From: Alphaproteobacteria bacterium
GTDB lineage: Bacteria; Pseudomonadota; Alphaproteobacteria; UBA828
NCBI GenBank assembly: GCA_963422645.2
Contig: CAXXVO010000009.1
Span: 32,001-96,000, forward strand
Length of the DNA: 64,000 bases
Reading direction: 5' to 3'
Below, one piece after another: positions 54,508 to 64,000 of the stretch. The notes beneath the pieces are model-generated. The model worked only from the letters and a program-made list of their open reading frames with translations, ran no database searches and was not told the origin of the DNA. Each line of letters begins with the position of its first letter. Position 1 is the first letter of the stretch. A program made the position numbers and the translations under genes.

Positions 54508-54908
54508 TGGCGGTCGTCGTGGACGTGTCTATCGCCGCTGCCTGGTGCTTTCCCGATGAGCAGGCCGATGCTGCCGAGCGCGCACTCGACGAGTTGCCGC
54601 GGCTTGGCGGCGTGGTTCCGGGAATCTTCCGATATGAAATTCGCAATGTGTTGGTCGTGAACGAGCGGCGCGGCCGCATCGATCAGGCGGGCAGTGCCCG
54701 GTTCCTGATGCGCTTGCGGGACTTGCGCCTGCTTCAGGACGACGCTCACGACGAGGACACGGTCATGGCGCTTGCGCGCAAACACGGGTTGAGTGCCTAC
54801 GACGCCGCCTACCTGGAGACTGCCCTTCGCCGCGGCGACAGACTGGCGACCCTGGACCGAGACTTGGCGAACGCTGCCTCAGCCGAGGGCGTTGCCCTGA
54901 TCCATTGA
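54507..54908 (+). CDS. vapC: VapC/PIN domain toxin
   Basis: VVDVS, E, YDAAYL, LATLD acidic PIN residues; coupled to the antitoxin. Confidence 0.88.
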   Translation: MAVVVDVSIAAAWCFPDEQADAAERALDELPRLGGVVPGIFRYEIRNVLVVNERRGRIDQAGSARFLMRLRDLRLLQDDAHDEDTVMALARKHGLSAYDAAYLETALRRGDRLATLDRDLANAASAEGVALIH

Positions 54909-55003
54909 TGCCTCGAAGGTATTTTGCATGGCGTCGCCTGCGGAAGATTGTACTCTCCCGGCGCGCGGCGGAGGGCTGAGAGTGAGACCGGAGGGAGATA
55001 GGC

Positions 55004-55729
55004 ATGGGTAAGACGGCGATCGTGATCGGTGTGGGCGCGGGCGAAGGGCTGGGTGCGGCAGTCTGCCGCATGGCGGCGAGCGAAGGGCTCCACGTCTTCG
55101 TCGGCGGCCGCACGGAGGCCAAAGTGGACGCAGTCGCGGACGCGATCAGCGCGGCCGGCGGCCAGGCCACCGCCGTCGTCGCCGACACTACCGACGAAGC
55201 CTCGGTCACCGCCTTCGTCGAAGCGGCGGAAGCACAGGGGCCGATCGATCTCGCCGTGTTCAACGCGGGCAACAACATGCCGGGCAACCCGCTGGAAATG
55301 GAGGCCGACTACTTCGAGACCTGCTGGCGCATCGGCTGCTTGGGCGGCTTCCTGTTCAGCCGCGAGGTGCTGCGCCGCATGGTGCCGCGCGGTACGGGCA
55401 CGCTGCTGCTCACCGGCGCGAGCGCGTCCATGCGCGGCAAGCCCAACTTCGCCGCCTTCACCAGCGCCAAGGCCGGGCTCCGGGCGCTCGGCCAAAGCCT
55501 CGCGCGCGAATTCGGCCCGCAGGGCATTCACGTGGGCCACGTCGTGGTCGACGGCGGCATCGACGGCGAGCGGCTCAAGACCCGCGCGCCCGAGTTCGCC
55601 GCGCGGTTGGGCGAGGGCGGGCTGATCGGGCTGGACGGGCTCGCGGAGTCCTATCGCTTCCTTTACCGCCAACCGCGCAACGCGTGGACGCAGGAGCTCG
55701 ATCTGCGTACCCACAAGGAGCAGTACTAG
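55004..55729 (+). CDS. SDR family oxidoreductase
   Basis: GVGAGEGLG, FNAG, TGASAS, F..AK, HVVVDG. Confidence 0.9.
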   Translation: MGKTAIVIGVGAGEGLGAAVCRMAASEGLHVFVGGRTEAKVDAVADAISAAGGQATAVVADTTDEASVTAFVEAAEAQGPIDLAVFNAGNNMPGNPLEMEADYFETCWRIGCLGGFLFSREVLRRMVPRGTGTLLLTGASASMRGKPNFAAFTSAKAGLRALGQSLAREFGPQGIHVGHVVVDGGIDGERLKTRAPEFAARLGEGGLIGLDGLAESYRFLYRQPRNAWTQELDLRTHKEQY

Positions 55730-55778
55730 GCCCGCGGCGGCGATTGACAGGGCGGAACAAACGCCGCTTCTTGCCGCG

Positions 55779-56981
55779 ATGTCGCAAGAGCTTCCGCTCG
55801 ACGGCGTCCGCGTCATCGACCTCGCGACCTTCATCGCGGGGCCGTTCACGGCCGCCGTGCTCAGCGAGTTCGGCGCCGAGGTCATCAAGGTCGAGCAGCC
55901 GGGGCTCGGCGATCCGCTGCGCAAGTTCGGCTCGCCCAGCAAGCGGGGCGATGGCTACACCTGGCTCTCGGAGCAGCGTAACAAGAAGTCGGTCACCCTC
56001 GACCTGCGCCAGCCCGAGGGCGCCGCGCTCTTCATGCGACTGGTCTCCGAGGCCGACATCCTGTGCGAGAATTTCAGGCCGGGCACCATGGAGAAGTGGG
56101 GCCTGGGGCCCGACGCGCTCAAGGCCGTCAACCCCGGCCTCGTCATGGTGCGCATCTCGGGCTATGGCCAGAAGGGACCCTACAAGGACCGCCCCGGCTT
56201 CGCCCGCATTGCCCATGCCTTCGGCGGCCTGACGCATCTCACCGGCGTGCCCGGCGGGCCGCCGCTCACGCCGGGCTCCACCTCGCTGGCCGACTACATC
56301 TCCGGCCTCTACGGCGCGGTCGGCGCGCTGCTGGCGCTGCGCAGCCGCGAGGAGGCGGGCGGGCAGGTGATCGACATCGCGCTCTACGAATCGATCTTCC
56401 GCGTGCTCGACGAGATGGCGCCGCTCTATGCCGCCACCGGGTTCGTCCGCCCGAGGCTCGGGCTGATGACCAGCAACGTATGCCCCCACGGGCACTTCGA
56501 GTGCGGTGACGGCGGCTGGGTCGCGATTGCATGCACCAGCGACAAGATGTGGCGCCGCATGGCTGCGGTGCTCGGCCGCGACAATCTGGGCGAGGACGAG
56601 CGCTACGCCACCAGCGCCAAGCGGGTGGAAATCCGCGACGATGTCGAGGCCATGGTCACGGCTTTCACGCTCTCGCTGCCGCGTGACCGGGTGGTGGAGA
56701 CCTGCAACGCGGGTGGCGTGCCGACGTCGCCCGTCTATTCCATCGCCGACATCTTCGAGGACCCGCACTACCAGGCGCGAGGCACCCTGAAAGAGGTCGT
56801 CGAACCGGAGACCGGCGAGGAGGTCCACGTTCCGAACGTGCTCCCCGCCATGTCCGAGACCCCAGGGCGGATCGAGAGTCTGGGGCCCAAGCTCGGCGCC
56901 CATAATGACGAAGTCTATGGCGACCTGCTCGGCCTCTCCGCCGAAGAGCGTAACGCCTTGCACGAGAAGGGCGTGATCTGA
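55779..56981 (+). CDS. CaiB/BaiF family III CoA transferase
   Basis: IAGP, GAEVIKVE, RNKKSVTLDL, ENFRPG, LAD. Confidence 0.92.
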   Translation: MSQELPLDGVRVIDLATFIAGPFTAAVLSEFGAEVIKVEQPGLGDPLRKFGSPSKRGDGYTWLSEQRNKKSVTLDLRQPEGAALFMRLVSEADILCENFRPGTMEKWGLGPDALKAVNPGLVMVRISGYGQKGPYKDRPGFARIAHAFGGLTHLTGVPGGPPLTPGSTSLADYISGLYGAVGALLALRSREEAGGQVIDIALYESIFRVLDEMAPLYAATGFVRPRLGLMTSNVCPHGHFECGDGGWVAIACTSDKMWRRMAAVLGRDNLGEDERYATSAKRVEIRDDVEAMVTAFTLSLPRDRVVETCNAGGVPTSPVYSIADIFEDPHYQARGTLKEVVEPETGEEVHVPNVLPAMSETPGRIESLGPKLGAHNDEVYGDLLGLSAEERNALHEKGVI

Positions 56982-57620
56982 ATGAGGGACCCGTGCCGGC
57001 TTTACCTGATCACGCCGCCCGAGATCGAGCTTGAGACGTTTGCGCCCGCGCTTGAAGCCGCGCTCGACGCGGGCGATGTCGCCTGCCTCCAGCTGCGGCT
57101 GAAGGAGGCCGACGACGACACGCTTCGCCGGGCAGGCGAGCGCCTGTTGCCGATATGCCAGGCGCGCGAGGTACCGCTGCTCATCAACGACCGGCCCGAT
57201 CTGGCCGCAAGAATCGGTGCCGCCGGCGCCCACGTCGGCGCCGACGACGCGAGCTACGCGGAAGCGCGCGAGCGCTTGGGCGCGGACGGGATGGTGGGCG
57301 TGAGCTGCTACGATTCGCGCCATCGCGCCATGGAGGCAGCGGCCTCGGGCGCGGACTATGTCGCCTTCGGCGCCTTCTTCCCCACCGAGACCAAGACGCC
57401 GCGCGCGAAGGCGGACCTTCACCTGCTCAAGTGGTGGAGCACCCTGATGGTGGTGCCCTGCGTCGCCATCGGCGGCATCACGGCGGAGAACTGCGGACCG
57501 CTGGTGGAGAACGGCGCCGACTTTCTCGCCGTGATCGGCGGGGTCTGGTCGCATCCGGACGGGCCGGAGGCCGGCGTCAGGGCGATCAACGGCGCCATTG
57601 CCAGCGCGGGGGCGAGTTGA
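56982..57620 (+). CDS. thiE: Thiamine phosphate synthase
   Basis: LYLIT, QLRLK, IND, GVSCY, DYVAFG, AIGGI. Confidence 0.88.
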   Translation: MRDPCRLYLITPPEIELETFAPALEAALDAGDVACLQLRLKEADDDTLRRAGERLLPICQAREVPLLINDRPDLAARIGAAGAHVGADDASYAEARERLGADGMVGVSCYDSRHRAMEAAASGADYVAFGAFFPTETKTPRAKADLHLLKWWSTLMVVPCVAIGGITAENCGPLVENGADFLAVIGGVWSHPDGPEAGVRAINGAIASAGAS

Positions 57621-57654
57621 TATAGCCTGCTGCCTCCCGCCACCGGCAGAACCC

Positions 57655-58221
57655 ATGAAGATCAACGGCAACGCCATCCGCCCCGGCATGGTGATCGAGC
57701 ATCAGAATCGCCTCTGGGTCGCGGTGAAGATTCAGCACACCCAGCCCGGCAAGGGCGGCGCCTACCTCCAGGTGGAGCTCAAGGACTTACGCGGCGGGAG
57801 CAAGCTCAACGAGCGCTTCAGGGCGTCGGAGAGCGTGGAGCGCGCACGCCTGGACCAGAAGCGCTACCAGTACCTCTACGAGGACGGCGACCTGCTCCAC
57901 TTCATGGATCAGGACACCTACGAGCAGACCAGCCTCGCGCGCGACCTGATCGGTGAGCGCATGGTCTTCATGCACGAGGGGATGATCGTCACCATCGAAT
58001 CCCATGAGGGCTCACCGCTCAGGGTGACGCTGCCGGACACGGTGGTGCAGACCGTCACCGAGACCGAGCCGGTGGTGAAAGGCCAGACGGCCGCGGCCTC
58101 CTACAAGCCGGCGCTGCTCGACAACGGCGTTCGCCTGATGGTGCCGCCGCACATCTCCGAGGGCGAACGTGTCGTGATCAACACCGCCGATTCGACCTAT
58201 GTCGAGCGCGCCCGCGACTGA
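57655..58221 (+). CDS. efp: Elongation factor P
   Basis: HTQPGKGGAY, KGQTA, KPA, VPPHI, YVERA. Confidence 0.96.
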   Translation: MKINGNAIRPGMVIEHQNRLWVAVKIQHTQPGKGGAYLQVELKDLRGGSKLNERFRASESVERARLDQKRYQYLYEDGDLLHFMDQDTYEQTSLARDLIGERMVFMHEGMIVTIESHEGSPLRVTLPDTVVQTVTETEPVVKGQTAAASYKPALLDNGVRLMVPPHISEGERVVINTADSTYVERARD

Positions 58222-58283
58222 CCGCCCCTCCCGCGGGCGCGCCTTGCGTCCGCCCCACACCACTACATGAAGAACGCCACACG

Positions 58284-59081
58284 ATGTCCCGTCGCTCGCC
58301 GCTCGTAACGGTCATGGTCAACGCCGCTTACAAGGCGTCGCGCGACCTGATCCGCGATTTCGGCGAGGTCGAGAACCTGCAGGTCTCGCGCAAGGGGCCG
58401 GCTGACTTCGTCTCGGCCGCAGATCATCGGGCCGAGGAGACCATCGTCGCTGAGCTCCGCCGGGCACGTCCAAAGTTCGGCTTCCTGCTCGAGGAGGGCG
58501 GTGCGATCGAGGGCGAGGACTCCTCCAACCGCTGGGTCGTAGATCCCCTGGACGGCACCACCAACTTCCTGCACGGGCTGCCCCACTTCGCGATCTCCAT
58601 CGGGCTGCAGCGCGACGGCAAGCCTTACGCCGGCGTGATCTACGATCCGGTGCGGGACGAGCTGTTCTGGGCAGAGAACGGCGCCGGCGCCTTTCTGAAC
58701 AACCAGCGGCTCAGGGTCTCGGCCCGGCGCGCGTTGCCCACTGCGCTGCTCGCGACCGGGCTACCCTTCAAGGCACGCGAGCACTACCCGGGCCATCCCG
58801 CCATGGTCCGCCGGCTCGCTGGCGAGACCTCGGGTGTGCGGCGGACGGGCTCGACTGCGCTCGACCTCGCCTACGTCGCGGCCGGACGGCTCGACGGATA
58901 CTGGGGATTCGGCATGGAGCCGTGGGACGTCGCGGCCGGCATCATAATCTTGCGCGAGGCCGGCGGCATCGTCACCGAGGTCGGCGGCGGCGCGGACTCG
59001 ATGACAAGCGGCGACGTGCTGGCCGCCAACGGCCACCTGCACGGCCTGCTGCGGGAGGCTCTGGCCCGAACGGACAGTTGA
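58284..59081 (+). CDS. suhB: Inositol monophosphatase
   Basis: EE, DPLDGTTNF, WDVAAG. Confidence 0.9.
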   Translation: MSRRSPLVTVMVNAAYKASRDLIRDFGEVENLQVSRKGPADFVSAADHRAEETIVAELRRARPKFGFLLEEGGAIEGEDSSNRWVVDPLDGTTNFLHGLPHFAISIGLQRDGKPYAGVIYDPVRDELFWAENGAGAFLNNQRLRVSARRALPTALLATGLPFKAREHYPGHPAMVRRLAGETSGVRRTGSTALDLAYVAAGRLDGYWGFGMEPWDVAAGIIILREAGGIVTEVGGGADSMTSGDVLAANGHLHGLLREALARTDS

Positions 59082-59172
59082 GCGCACCCGGCTGGCGGTA
59101 TGGCGCGCCTTGGGCGAAAATGCCGGCGCTTGTGAGACGCGGGCCTCGTGCCCACAAGGGGGACAGCCGGGT

Positions 59173-60441
59173 ATGGACATCATTCTGAAGAACGCTCTCG
59201 TGGCGCACGAGGACCAGCCGGTGCGCGCGGCCGACATCGCCATCGAGGGCGAGCGCATCGTGGCGGTCGAGCCGGGGATCACGGCCGAGGCCGGCGAGAC
59301 GATCGACTGCGGGGGCCGGCTCGTCTCGGGCCCGCTGATCGACCCGCACGTCCATCTCGACGCCGTGCTCACGGCGAACCTGGAACCCAACGTCACTGGT
59401 ACGCTGCATGAGGGCATCGCCCTCTGGGGCCGGCAGAAGAAAATCCGCGACCTGGAATCGGTCAAGGCGCGGGCCAAGCAGGCGATCGACTGGGAGGTCG
59501 CCCAGGGCGCAGGCTTCATCCGCACCCACGCCGACACCTCGGACGAAGGGCAGCTCTCGATGCGCGCCCTGCTGGAGGTCAAGGACGAGGTGAGCGACCG
59601 GGTCGACCTGCAGATTGTGGCCTTTCCCCAGGACGGCATTCACTCGCATCCCGGCGGCCCGGAGCTCTTCCTCCGCGCGCTCGACATGGGGCCGGACGTG
59701 ATCGGCGGCATCCCCCACAACGAGGCGACGCGGGAAGCGGGCGTCGCCAGCCTCAAGCTGATCTTCGACGAAGCGGAGAAGCGTGGCCTCCTGATCGACG
59801 TGCACTGCGACGAGGTCGACGACCCCAACTCGCGCTTCACCGAGGTGATGGCGCACGAGACCTATTACCGCGGCATGCAGGGCCGGGTGACCGCGAGCCA
59901 CTGCGCGGCCATGCACTCCTACGCCAATGCCTACGCCTTCCGCCTCTTCGGCTGGCTCGAGAGGGGCGGGCTCAACGTCATCGCCAACCCCTTCGACAAC
60001 CTGATCCTGCTGGCGCGGGAGGACACCTACCCCAAGCGCCGCGCGATGACGCGGGTGAAGGAGCTGTGGCAGGCCGGGATCACGGTCGGCATCGGCCACG
60101 ATTCGATCATGGACCCCTGGTATCCGCTGGGGCGGGGCGACATGGTGCAGGCGGCGTCGCTCACGCTCCATGTCTGCCAGATGTCCGGCACGGCGGAGAT
60201 CGACGCCTGCTTCGACATGGTGACCTGGAAGAACGCCGAAATCCTCGCGCTGGAGGATTATGGCGTGGCCCCCGGATGCCGCGCCGACCTCGCGGTGTTC
60301 GACGCCGCCAGCAAGGCGGACGTGCTGCGGATCAACCCGGCGTGCACCCACGTCTTCAAGCGCGGCAAGCTGGTCGCCGCGACCGCGCCGGCGAGCCGCA
60401 CCGTGATGGGCCAGGCGGTCGACCTAACGCTCGGCAACTGA
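59173..60441 (+). CDS. Cytosine deaminase-like amidohydrolase
   Basis: DPHVHLD, AFPQDG, DVHCDE, GHDSIMDPWY. Confidence 0.87.
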   Translation: MDIILKNALVAHEDQPVRAADIAIEGERIVAVEPGITAEAGETIDCGGRLVSGPLIDPHVHLDAVLTANLEPNVTGTLHEGIALWGRQKKIRDLESVKARAKQAIDWEVAQGAGFIRTHADTSDEGQLSMRALLEVKDEVSDRVDLQIVAFPQDGIHSHPGGPELFLRALDMGPDVIGGIPHNEATREAGVASLKLIFDEAEKRGLLIDVHCDEVDDPNSRFTEVMAHETYYRGMQGRVTASHCAAMHSYANAYAFRLFGWLERGGLNVIANPFDNLILLAREDTYPKRRAMTRVKELWQAGITVGIGHDSIMDPWYPLGRGDMVQAASLTLHVCQMSGTAEIDACFDMVTWKNAEILALEDYGVAPGCRADLAVFDAASKADVLRINPACTHVFKRGKLVAATAPASRTVMGQAVDLTLGN

Positions 60442-60471
60442 GCGCGGCATTCCGGAGAATGGAGAGAAACG

Positions 60472-62253
60472 ATGGTGCAAACCTATAGCGCGCCGCTCCG
60501 CGACATGCGCTTCGTGCTCAACGAGCTGCTCGACGTGGGCGAGCTCGCCACGCTGCCCGGCTACGAGGACGCGACGCCCGACGTGATCGACGCCATGATC
60601 GAGGAGGGCGCCAAGCTCTGCGAGAACACGCTGCTGCCGCTCAATCGCTCGGCGGACGAGGAAGGCTGCCATTACGAGAACGGCGTGGTGCGTACACCCC
60701 AAGGCTACAAGGAGGCCTACAAGACCTTCGTCGATGCCGGCTGGACCGGCGTCACGATGTCGCCGGACTACGGCGGCAAGGGGCTGCCGCAGCTCATCAG
60801 CATGGTCTTCGACGAGATGGTGTGCTCGACGAATCTGGCCTTCGGCGTCTACCCGCTGCTCTCCAACGGCGCCGCCGCGGTGATCGAGCTCCATGCCGCC
60901 GAGGCGCTGAAGCAGGCCTATCTGCCGCACCTGGGCGACGGTACCTGGAGCGGCACCATGTGCCTGACCGAGCCTCACTGCGGCACCGACCTCGGCCTGA
61001 TCCGCACCAGGGCGGTGCCCACGGGCGAGGGCCGCTACGCGCTCTCCGGCACCAAGATCTTCATCTCCGCCGGCGAGCATGATCTGACCGAGAACATCGT
61101 CCATCTCGTGCTGGCGAAGCTGCCGGACGCACCGCCCGGCGTGCGCGGCATCAGCCTCTTCCTGGTGCCGAAGCGCAGACTCAACGAGGACGGCACGCCG
61201 GGGCCGGCCAACGGGGTCTCCTGCGGCTCGATCGAAGAGAAGATGGGCATTCACGGCTCGGCCACCTGCGTGATGCACTTCGACGAGGCCGAGGGCTATC
61301 TGATCGGTGCGCCGCACAAGGGCCTGCGCTGCATGTTCACCATGATGAACGGCGCCCGCCTCGGCGTCGGCCTCCAGGGCCTGGGGCTGGGCGAGACCGC
61401 CTATCAGAGCGCCACGGCCTACGCCAAGGACCGCCGCCAGGGGCGCGGGCTCAAGGGTGCCGCGGAGCCAGAGGCGACCGCCGACCCGATCATCGTCCAC
61501 CCAGACGTGCGCCGCATGCTTCTCACCCAGCGGGCCATCAACGAAGGCTCTCGTGCCCTCGCCTACTGGACGGCGCTGCAGCTCGACATCTCGCGCAGCC
61601 ACGAGGACGCGGCGGTGCGCGAGGATGCCGACGAGCTGGTCCAATTATTGACGCCGATCATCAAGGCCTTCTTCACCGACTACGGCTTCGAGGCCACCAA
61701 CCTCGCGATCCAGGTCCACGGCGGCCACGGCTACATCCGCGAGCACGGCATGGAACAGCTCGTGCGCGACGCGCGGATCTCCCAGATCTACGAGGGCGCG
61801 AACGGCATTCAGGCGCTCGATCTGGTGGGCCGCAAGCTGCCTAGCCGGGCCGGCCGCTACCTGCGGCACTTCTTCCATCCCGCCGTCGCCTTCATCGAAG
61901 AGAACAAGGACGATCCGGAGCTCGCCGACATCGTGGGCCCCGTGGGCAAGGCGCTCGGCAAGCTGCAGACCGCGACGCTGGTGATCGCCCAGCGCGGCCT
62001 GGGCGACCCGGAGGAAGCCGGTGCCGCGGCCTCCGACTATCTCAGGATGTTCGGGCTGGTGGCGGTCGGCTACATGTGGTGCCAGATGGCGAAGCTCGCC
62101 CGCGACAAGCAGAATGGCGACGCCTTCTATGACACCAAGCTCAAGACCGCCCGCTTCTACGTGCAGAAGATCCTGCCGGACACTGCCGGGCTCTTCCTCA
62201 AGATCATGGCGGGCAAGGGAAGCGTGATGGCCCACGGGGCGGAGGAGTTCTGA
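60472..62253 (+). CDS. Acyl-CoA dehydrogenase
   Basis: MCLTEPHCGTDLG, KIFISAG, EEKMGIHGSATC, IYEGANGIQ. Confidence 0.93.
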   Translation: MVQTYSAPLRDMRFVLNELLDVGELATLPGYEDATPDVIDAMIEEGAKLCENTLLPLNRSADEEGCHYENGVVRTPQGYKEAYKTFVDAGWTGVTMSPDYGGKGLPQLISMVFDEMVCSTNLAFGVYPLLSNGAAAVIELHAAEALKQAYLPHLGDGTWSGTMCLTEPHCGTDLGLIRTRAVPTGEGRYALSGTKIFISAGEHDLTENIVHLVLAKLPDAPPGVRGISLFLVPKRRLNEDGTPGPANGVSCGSIEEKMGIHGSATCVMHFDEAEGYLIGAPHKGLRCMFTMMNGARLGVGLQGLGLGETAYQSATAYAKDRRQGRGLKGAAEPEATADPIIVHPDVRRMLLTQRAINEGSRALAYWTALQLDISRSHEDAAVREDADELVQLLTPIIKAFFTDYGFEATNLAIQVHGGHGYIREHGMEQLVRDARISQIYEGANGIQALDLVGRKLPSRAGRYLRHFFHPAVAFIEENKDDPELADIVGPVGKALGKLQTATLVIAQRGLGDPEEAGAAASDYLRMFGLVAVGYMWCQMAKLARDKQNGDAFYDTKLKTARFYVQKILPDTAGLFLKIMAGKGSVMAHGAEEF

Positions 62254-62270
62254 GCAGGGGCAAGCGCGCG

Positions 62271-63119
62271 ATGACCGAGACCCACTCCCTCGACCGGCTC
62301 GCGGGCCGGGTTGCCGACGGGGCCACGCTGGCGCTGCCGCCGGACTATTCCTTCGTGCCGATGGCTGCTGTACGGGCGCTGGTGCGCCGCCGCGTGCGCG
62401 ACCTGCACCTCGTCACGGTGCCGCAGGCCGGCATCGCGGCGGACCTGCTGATCGGCGCAGGCTGCGTCGCCACCGTCGAGACTGCGGCGGTGAGCCTCGG
62501 CGAGCTCGGCAACGCGCCCCGCTTCAGTGCCGCGGTCGAGGGCGGCGATGTGGCGATCCGCGACTCCACCTGTCCGGCGATCCACGCTGCGCTCCAGGCT
62601 GCGGAGAAGGGCGTGCCCTTCATGCCATTGCGCGGCCTGATCGGCTCGGATCTGCTGCGCGTGCGCCCGGACTGGCGGGTGATCGACAATCCGCTGGCGG
62701 AGGGTGGAGGCGATCCCATCGTCCTGCTGCCGGCGCTCAGGCCCGATGTCGCTCTTTTCCACGCGCCTTATGCCGACGAGCACGGCAACGTCTGGCTCGG
62801 CGCCCGGCGCGAGCTCGTGACCATGGCCCACGCGGCCAAGGAAACCCTGGTCACGGTCGAGGAAGTCGGCTCCGGCGACCTGTTGGCCGACGAAACACTG
62901 GCGGCGGGCACCCTGCCCGCGCTCTATGTTGGGGCGCTGGCCGAGGCGCCGCAGGGTGCTTGGCCCTTGGGCCTCTCCGGCCGCTACGAGCCCGACCGGG
63001 CCCACCTCGCCGACTACGCCCGGCTCGCGAAGAGCGAGGAGGGCTTCGCCGCCTACTGCGCGGCGCATGTGACGGACGCCGCGACGGACGATACGACCGG
63101 CCTCATCGCCGCCGAATGA
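62271..63119 (+). CDS. CoA transferase subunit A
   Basis: GVPFMPLRG, PDVALFHA..AD..GN, VTVEE. Confidence 0.8.
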   Translation: MTETHSLDRLAGRVADGATLALPPDYSFVPMAAVRALVRRRVRDLHLVTVPQAGIAADLLIGAGCVATVETAAVSLGELGNAPRFSAAVEGGDVAIRDSTCPAIHAALQAAEKGVPFMPLRGLIGSDLLRVRPDWRVIDNPLAEGGGDPIVLLPALRPDVALFHAPYADEHGNVWLGARRELVTMAHAAKETLVTVEEVGSGDLLADETLAAGTLPALYVGALAEAPQGAWPLGLSGRYEPDRAHLADYARLAKSEEGFAAYCAAHVTDAATDDTTGLIAAE

Positions 63120-63853
63120 ACCCGGACAAGACCGCGCTCCTCATCGACGTCATCGCCGGGATGCTCGAAGGGCTCGGCCGTGTCGCGGTCGGGGCCTCGT
63201 CGCCCATTCCCGCTGCGGCCGCGTGGCTCGCGCGCGAGCGGGGCGGCGGCCAGCCGCACGTGAGCGTGCTCGGCAGTGGGGCGCACAGCGACATGACCGA
63301 CGGCGGGCGGGAGCTCTTCGACCGCGCCGGCCAGGGCCGCATCGACGCCTTCTTCCTGGGCGGCGTGCAGATCGACGGCGGCGCCAACATCAATCTCATC
63401 GGCACCGGCCCGCATCCGACCGCAGACAAGCGCTTCCCCGGCTCCTACGGCTCCGCCTACCTCTACTTCGTGGTGCCGCGCGTGATCCTCTTCCGCGTCG
63501 AGCACACGCCCCGCACGCTGGTGGAGAAGGTGGAATTCGTGAGTGCGCCTGGCACGAGCCCACCCGCCGTCTACCGGCCGGGCGGGCCCTACGCGCTGGT
63601 GACCGGCCGCTGCGTCTTTCGTTTCGAGCCGGCGCGCAGGCGCTTCCGCCTCGCCTCGCTGCACCCGGGCCACAGCCTAGACGAGGTGCGCAGCGCCACC
63701 GGCTTCAAGTTCGACGCCGCCGACGATCCGCCCGTCACCCCTGCCCCGAGCGCGGAGACCATGGCGCTGATCCGCGGCCCCATCGGCGCGGCCCTCACCG
63801 ACGTCTACCCCCGCTTCGCCGCCAAGTTTCTGGGCGACGAGCGGGCGGCGTAG
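63116..63853 (+). CDS. CoA transferase subunit B
   Basis: FFLGGVQID..NIN, PGSYG, HPG; ATGA overlap with subunit A. Confidence 0.8.
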   Translation: MNPDKTALLIDVIAGMLEGLGRVAVGASSPIPAAAAWLARERGGGQPHVSVLGSGAHSDMTDGGRELFDRAGQGRIDAFFLGGVQIDGGANINLIGTGPHPTADKRFPGSYGSAYLYFVVPRVILFRVEHTPRTLVEKVEFVSAPGTSPPAVYRPGGPYALVTGRCVFRFEPARRRFRLASLHPGHSLDEVRSATGFKFDAADDPPVTPAPSAETMALIRGPIGAALTDVYPRFAAKFLGDERAA

Positions 63854-63947
63854 GCCCGGTCTCGACCCTGTTGAGATCGGCCCTTGGATCGGAGCTTTGC
63901 AGGGACTATCTTACTTTTGCCTTACTACAGCGACCCGGAACTGAGCG

Positions 63948-64000
63948 ATGTCGATCCCGGAGCGGCTCACCACCACCGTTTCGACCAAGGGTCAGGTCAT
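63948..64000 (+). CDS. AbrB/MazE/SpoVT family antitoxin (partial, runs off window end)
   Basis: MSIPERLTTTVSTKGQV; upstream CTTAC direct repeats at 63910 and 63921. Confidence 0.68.
   Translation, partial: MSIPERLTTTVSTKGQV

Noticed and set aside
57655-58221. Unusual EF-P variant
   Set aside because: Standard PGKG loop in a common thiE-efp-suhB context

Overview
GC-rich bacterial chromosome segment, probably alphaproteobacterial (inferred from thiE-efp-suhB order and protein style). Most of it is ordinary catabolic genes (amide, C-N and acyl-CoA metabolism, a Liv-type ABC importer), plus tRNA-Val(CAC) and two toxin-antitoxin loci. The notable content is nested mobile DNA. (1) 11074-18612: a roughly 2.2-kb large-serine-recombinase element with about 27-bp terminal inverted repeats. 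Its recombinase has no stop codon inside the element, and it joins the 5' parts of two different broken host genes. (2) Inside it, three head-to-tail copies of a 1768-bp IS110 element. Their upstream non-coding region folds by eye into a bridge-RNA-like structure, with four putative guide segments in the expected order that partly match the reconstructed target and donor sites. (3) 4829-7703: Tn7/Mu-like ends (TGTA...TACA, repeated transposase-binding motifs, 5-bp duplication ACCAT) whose only cargo is an IS21. (4) 51094-52981: a single-ORF IS66 with an 8-bp duplication that splits a flavin monooxygenase gene. All calls were made by eye, with no database searches.
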